Below are positions 29,703-34,395 of a DNA stretch of 34,395 nucleotides, piece after piece. Each line of letters begins with the position of its first letter. The first letter of the stretch is position 1. The notes under the pieces are model-generated. The model was not told the origin of the DNA. It made no database searches and was given only the letters and a program-made list of their open reading frames with translations. The stretch comes from an uncultured Collinsella sp. GTDB lineage: Bacteria; Actinomycetota; Coriobacteriia; Coriobacteriales; Coriobacteriaceae. The DNA is taken from positions 1 through 34,395 of the forward strand of contig CABQNF010000001.1 of NCBI GenBank assembly GCA_902465465.1, written 5' to 3'. The position numbers and the translations under genes were made by a program.

Positions 29703-30711
29703 GCTCGTGCACCGTCCTTTCGATGAGGCGATTCCACGCCTGCTTGAGAGCATCGGGGGCGACGGGCTTCATGCCATCCATGGCATGGGCCATGCAAAAC
29801 GAGGCTGCGGCTTCAAAGTCGCGCACGTCAACGGTCCAGGTCCACTCTGCTTCGGTGCGCGTGAGTTCGCCTCGTCCGCGTGTGAGACCGCTGACCATAT
29901 CGGCCTGCGCCTCACGCGCGAACGAGAACGTAGCCGCAACGGGTGGACGGTCGGCAAAATCGAACTCAAAGAATAAGTAATCGTTGAGGTTGAAATCCGC
30001 AGGAATGGCGTAGGCTTTCGAAGGTCTCCAGGCGCGAATGATGCGGTCACAGCGGAATGTCCTGATGTCGTCGGTGGCATTGTCGAGGCCGCAGAAGTAT
30101 GCCGTACCCTCGCGTTCGAACATGCCGTAGACGCAAACGGTCCGCTCGCGTTGTTCACCGCGCCCGTTTTGGTACAAAAAGCGCAGCGCGCAACGCTCGG
30201 CAAAGGCACTCCATACCGCATCGACGGCGGGAGAGCGGCGGATCGGTGCCTCTCCTGTCGTCGACATGCCGGTGAGGTAGGCAATCTTGGAGCGAATGTC
30301 GGCAAGCGGCGCGGCAAAGGCGGATGAGCCTGCCGCGAGTGTCTGGTCGATGGCATTGAGCAGGATGTCGGCATCGTCTGCGGTGATGAGACCGCCCGCG
30401 GCAAACGTATGCTCGCGGTCGATCGTCCACGAGCTTTCCTCGGTTTCCTGCGCTCCGGCAGCGCGAACCTCCCTGATAACGATGCCGCGTTCGAGCAGCT
30501 TGTCGCGATCGCGGCGGAACTTGCGTTTGTCTGAGTCGATATTGCCCGAGCCGTACCCCAAATCGGAATCCAGGACGATTTGCTCGGTCGTCAGCGGTTC
30601 GGGAGAACTGTTGAGTACAAAGAAAAGGTTGAGGATGCGCTGAGCCGTTTTATCGAAACCGGGCTCGGCTGCCCCCTTTTTAATTGTCGCGGTCGTGTCG
30701 CTTGCCGTCAT
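29689..30711 (-). CDS. WYL-domain transcriptional regulator, PafB-like
   Basis: RILNL..., LGY, RKFRRDRDKLLERGI (compare PafB RMFERDK..LR..G), FLY......RTV, AYFCG.D....IRTFRCDRI. Confidence 0.85.
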   Translation of the reverse strand: MTASDTTATIKKGAAEPGFDKTAQRILNLFFVLNSSPEPLTTEQIVLDSDLGYGSGNIDSDKRKFRRDRDKLLERGIVIREVRAAGAQETEESSWTIDREHTFAAGGLITADDADILLNAIDQTLAAGSSAFAAPLADIRSKIAYLTGMSTTGEAPIRRSPAVDAVWSAFAERCALRFLYQNGRGEQRERTVCVYGMFEREGTAYFCGLDNATDDIRTFRCDRIIRAWRPSKAYAIPADFNLNDYLFFEFDFADRPPVAATFSFAREAQADMVSGLTRGRGELTRTEAEWTWTVDVRDFEAAASFCMAHAMDGMKPVAPDALKQAWNRLIERTVHEHARA

Positions 30712-30909
30712 AGAGTCCTCGCATGAGAAGGTGGTTTGCTGCCATGATTTTAGTCCGATATGGAGATTAGGCTATATCCTTGTCCGCTCGGGGCGTTAAG
30801 ATGGCCCGAATTCGGTCGTTTGCGCTCGCTCGGGGTATACTTTCGACTATATACGGTTCTAATGTGCATGCATTGGGCCTATTTGTCGGATTATGGATGT
30901 GGAGCGCAC

Positions 30910-33900
30910 ATGGCGAACACCCAGAACTATATTAACCACCTGCTGCAGAACACCGGCATTACGCCGGCATGCAGCGAAGAAGAGCGCTTGGCTGCCGAGG
31001 ATATCGCTCAGATCTTCCGCAACCACGGCTTTGATCCCGAGGTTCAGGAGTTCAATGCCCCGGCGCCCAGTAGATTGGCGTTTGCCGTTACCGGTATTCT
31101 TGCGTTTGCCGGCGCCCTGCTGATGGGTATCGGCGGCGGTATCGGCTTGGTCGGCACCTTGCTGGCCATTGTCGGTGCCGTTCTTTACGTGCTCGAGCGC
31201 ACGGGCCACCCCGTGGTTTCGCGTCTGGGCAAGACGGGCGTGAGCCAAAATGTCATCGCCTACCACAAGGCCTCGGGCCCGCTCGCGTCTCCGCGCAACC
31301 GCCCGGTGGTCGTTGTCGCACACTACGACTCTCCCCGTGCTGAGCTGCTCGCCCGCGAGCCCTATGCTTCGTATCGTGCGCTCATTGCCAAGCTGTTGCC
31401 CGTTGCCACGGTTGCCCCTGCTGCCGTTGCCATCCTGCGTATCCTGCCGCTCCCCGGCGCGCTCAAGGTTCTGCTGTGGATTGTCGCGATCCTCGCTTCC
31501 CTCGTTGCACTTGCCAACGCGGCAAACATCATCTCTAACCGCCACATTCTTCCCTATACGTCCGGCGCGGTGTGCAACAAATCTTCTGTCGCCGCTATGC
31601 TCGGCGTTATGGACAACGTTGCTCCCTTCCAGGGTGAAAACGAGTTTCCCGACGATGTTCCGTTCGATACCTATTTTGGGGAGCAGAAGCGTCGTGCCGA
31701 GGAAATGGCGCGCGCAGCGGCGGAATATGCCGCGGCCCAGCAGCAAAACGACTACGGCAACACCATCGAGTACGAAGAGCCTACCTACGCCGAGGACGAG
31801 TTCGGTCAGCCGATTGCTCCCGACACTCAGACCGAGCCCGAACAGGGTGAGGCTTTCGACGAGCAGATCGAGGGCTTTGAGGGTGCGTCTGCCGACGAGA
31901 CGCTGATCGGCGCCATCGTGCCCGAGGATCAGAATCAGGCTGTCCAGGCTGAAGAGTTCAATGACGAGGTTTCCGCTGCCGAGCCGGTGGAGGAGCCTGT
32001 CGCGGCCGAGCCCGAGCCCAAGCTCTATCGCAATGCCGCCGGCAACATCCGCTTTGGTTCGGATGCCATCCGTGCGCTCGGAATGCTTCCCGAGTCCTGC
32101 ACGCTCGATTACGAGGAGGGCGAGGAGCCGACGTTTGAGACCGAGCCTGCCCCCGTCGTGACTGCGCCTGCGCCCGCTGTCACCGTGGATGATGAGTCTG
32201 CCGCGGTTGCCGTTGCCGTTGCCGAGCCCGAGGCGGTGTCCGCGATCGATCCCGCGGCAGGACTGGACATTTTGGCTCCCGCCGCGCCGGCGCAAGACGT
32301 TGCGGACGAGTCTGACGACGATTACGTTGAACAGCCGAGGCGCGTGTCTTACGAGAGCGATACTGATTTCTCGGCCGAGATTCCCGCGGCAACGCCCCAT
32401 GCCGACATTGCATCCGCGTTCTCGTCGATTGGCGCCAGCGCTTCCAACTTCTTTAAGGGTGCGCTTGCAAAGGGCAAGAAATTTGTCGACGATTTCGAGG
32501 AGAAGCGCGCTGCCGCACGCGAGGCTGCCGAGCAGGAGGCTATCGCTCAGCAGCAGGCAGCTGAGGCGGCACGTGAGCACGCGGCGCAAGAGTTCGAGCA
32601 GAACGAGGCTATGCAGTCCGCGCCCGTTGACGCCGCCGAAGCTACAACGTCCTTTGAGTCCCAGCAACCGGCGTCCGCGGATGTTGTTGAGGCGACGACG
32701 TCTTTCGAGGCTCAGGAGCACGTCGATAGCACCATGTCGTTTGATGCCGCGCAGTTCGATTCCACGATAACGTTTGAAAAGCAGGGCACCGCGATTGCCG
32801 AGCCCCTTCCTATTTCCGATGAGCAGGGCGACGCGGCAGACGATGACGAGCCTATTGATGCTGCCGAAATCCAAGATGTCGCCGAGGACGAGTCCGTTGA
32901 GGCCAACTCTGACGAAGAGCAATACGCGGCAGCCGATCAAGGTGATTCGACCGAGGTCGAGCAGGAGGAAGTGCCTGCGGTTTCCGAGACTCCCGAGACG
33001 GATGAGTCGAGGCCTTACTCCACGCAGATTTTCACCATGCCGACCCCGAGTGGTTCCGGTGCCACGGTTGCCAATGTCGCTCCCACTCAGGACGAAACGG
33101 TCGATTCCCTTATGGCCCAGATTTCCTCCCAGGCATCGCCGCGTCCGCAGATGAATGTTCCCGATCCGGCGTCGGCACCGTCGCCTGCACCTTCCTCGTC
33201 TCCGCTGGCTTCGGTCCCCGATCCGTCGCTGCCGTCTATGAAGCAGGCAAACGTTGCGTCTCGCACGTCGCTGTTCGACCTTCCCGATCCCTCTGCCCAA
33301 GTCAACGACCCCTTTGCTACCGCCCAAGGTCCCGAACCCACATCGGCACCCGTTGCGCCTCCTATGCCCGTTGCGTCGGGCGCGCAGCCGATCGAGACCA
33401 TTTCGGCTCCCGCCCCGGCGGCACCCAAGTCTCGTAAGCGCGGCCTGGGTGGCCTGTTCGGTCGTAAAAAGAAAAACGAGCAGGACAGCATGAGTGACTG
33501 GCTGGGCGTCGAAGACGATTACGATGCCAAGAAATCCGGTCGCGGTATCGGTTCGTGGGATAACTTCGAGGACGATAACGATGGCTGGAAGGGCGGCGCT
33601 ACGTCTTCCGATGGCGCTTCTTCCGAAGATATGCTCTCGGCTGTCGCCTCTATGGGCGATGATGAGCTGCTCGGTCACGATATCTGGTTTGTGGCAACGG
33701 GTGCCTCGGATTGTGATGGCGCCGGCATGAAGGCCTTCTTGGCTTCGCATCGCGATAAGCTCCGCGGCGTATTCTTTATCAATCTTGAATCCGTCGGCGC
33801 CGGTAGGCTTTCGGTTGTGACGGTCGAGGGCGAACAACAACTGCTCAAGGGCGATCGCCGCATCATGAACCTGGTCAGCAAGGTCTGCAAGTCGTTCCAT

Positions 33901-34107
33901 GTCGATTGTGGCGCGCTCGAGATGCCCTATGCCAAGACCGATGCCTACGCCGCGCTCGAGGCGAGCCGCCGAGCCCTCACCATCGCCGGTGTGGACGGCA
34001 CACGTCTGGCTTGCGCTCGTACCGAGGACGACCTGCCCCACAATGTCAACCCGACGAACATTGCTACGGTATCCGAGGTCGTGACCGAGGTTATCCGCCG
34101 TTCGTAG
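30910..34107 (+). CDS. Large membrane protein with split, degenerate M28 peptidase fold and acidic low-complexity insertion
   Basis: SQNVIA, VVVVAHYDS, GAVCNKSSVAAML, IWFVATGA, FINLESVG, TDA; about 4 TM helices; GGAG RBS before ATG 30910. Confidence 0.8.
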   Translation: MANTQNYINHLLQNTGITPACSEEERLAAEDIAQIFRNHGFDPEVQEFNAPAPSRLAFAVTGILAFAGALLMGIGGGIGLVGTLLAIVGAVLYVLERTGHPVVSRLGKTGVSQNVIAYHKASGPLASPRNRPVVVVAHYDSPRAELLAREPYASYRALIAKLLPVATVAPAAVAILRILPLPGALKVLLWIVAILASLVALANAANIISNRHILPYTSGAVCNKSSVAAMLGVMDNVAPFQGENEFPDDVPFDTYFGEQKRRAEEMARAAAEYAAAQQQNDYGNTIEYEEPTYAEDEFGQPIAPDTQTEPEQGEAFDEQIEGFEGASADETLIGAIVPEDQNQAVQAEEFNDEVSAAEPVEEPVAAEPEPKLYRNAAGNIRFGSDAIRALGMLPESCTLDYEEGEEPTFETEPAPVVTAPAPAVTVDDESAAVAVAVAEPEAVSAIDPAAGLDILAPAAPAQDVADESDDDYVEQPRRVSYESDTDFSAEIPAATPHADIASAFSSIGASASNFFKGALAKGKKFVDDFEEKRAAAREAAEQEAIAQQQAAEAAREHAAQEFEQNEAMQSAPVDAAEATTSFESQQPASADVVEATTSFEAQEHVDSTMSFDAAQFDSTITFEKQGTAIAEPLPISDEQGDAADDDEPIDAAEIQDVAEDESVEANSDEEQYAAADQGDSTEVEQEEVPAVSETPETDESRPYSTQIFTMPTPSGSGATVANVAPTQDETVDSLMAQISSQASPRPQMNVPDPASAPSPAPSSSPLASVPDPSLPSMKQANVASRTSLFDLPDPSAQVNDPFATAQGPEPTSAPVAPPMPVASGAQPIETISAPAPAAPKSRKRGLGGLFGRKKKNEQDSMSDWLGVEDDYDAKKSGRGIGSWDNFEDDNDGWKGGATSSDGASSEDMLSAVASMGDDELLGHDIWFVATGASDCDGAGMKAFLASHRDKLRGVFFINLESVGAGRLSVVTVEGEQQLLKGDRRIMNLVSKVCKSFHVDCGALEMPYAKTDAYAALEASRRALTIAGVDGTRLACARTEDDLPHNVNPTNIATVSEVVTEVIRRS

Positions 34108-34128
34108 ACGGAGCTCTAAGGAGTCAAC

Positions 34129-34347
34129 GTGTTTTCGTATATTAAGCGCCATTGGCCTGTCTACGTGATTTTGACCTTGATTGCCATTGCGTTAGGATTT
34201 GGGGCTGCCTACATCGTGGGTGCAAAGGGCTCGACCCCCGCCTCCGCAATCAGCGAAGAGGTGGAGCAAGAACAGAGCACGGGCGCCGATGGGATTCCTG
34301 AGTCCGAGCAAGCCATCGTTGATGGTGGATCTTCGTCTGCAGAGTAG
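34129..34347 (+). CDS. Small single-pass membrane protein with acidic tail
   Basis: AAGGAG RBS, GTG start, TM segment WPVYVILTLIAIALGFGAAYIV. Confidence 0.75.
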   Translation: MFSYIKRHWPVYVILTLIAIALGFGAAYIVGAKGSTPASAISEEVEQEQSTGADGIPESEQAIVDGGSSSAE

Positions 34348-34377
34348 ATACGGCGATTTACATGATTGAAAGCGGGC

Positions 34378-34395
34378 GAGCCAGGGGACTGGCTC
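34378..34395. terminator. Partial hairpin at the window edge
   Basis: GAGCCAG-GGGA-CTGGCTC, truncated by the window end. Confidence 0.4.

Noticed and set aside
25894..30711. DinG plus WYL genes as a type IV CRISPR or defence island
   Set aside because: No cas genes or array; the DinG is the exonuclease-fused housekeeping type and the WYL pair is PafBC-like with host-like GC
30859..34152. 1097-aa minus-strand ORF
   Set aside because: Mirror frame of the M28-like gene; Arg/Leu/Gly-rich with no motifs

Overview
Replication-origin region of a high-GC Gram-positive bacterium. Gene content and protein style fit Actinomycetota, class Coriobacteriia, probably Collinsella-like (inference). Left to right: an acpS-nnr-alr-udg-tsaE-[tsaB-rimI-tsaD fusion] operon (+); a leftward replication operon [GHKL ATPase/winged-helix orphan]-dnaA-(oriC)-dnaN-recF-dciA-gyrB-gyrA; the rightward rpmH-rnpA-yidD-yidC-khpB and rsmG-(3x parS)-parA-parB block; rlmN (-); ddl and an exonuclease-fused DinG (+); a convergent PafB/PafC-like WYL pair (-); a very large M28-fold membrane protein with degenerate catalytic motifs; and a small membrane protein. 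No rRNA, tRNA, CRISPR or transposase was seen. Best leads: (1) an uncharacterised GHKL ATPase + Gln-rich linker + wHTH gene inserted between the upstream DnaA-box cluster and dnaA; (2) non-canonical DnaA boxes together with an altered DnaA recognition helix; (3) Phe at the GyrA Ser83-equivalent position; (4) a probable M28 pseudopeptidase split by a ~680-aa acidic insertion; (5) a stand-alone PafBC pair with candidate -26-type promoters; (6) a ~140-nt structured intergenic element.
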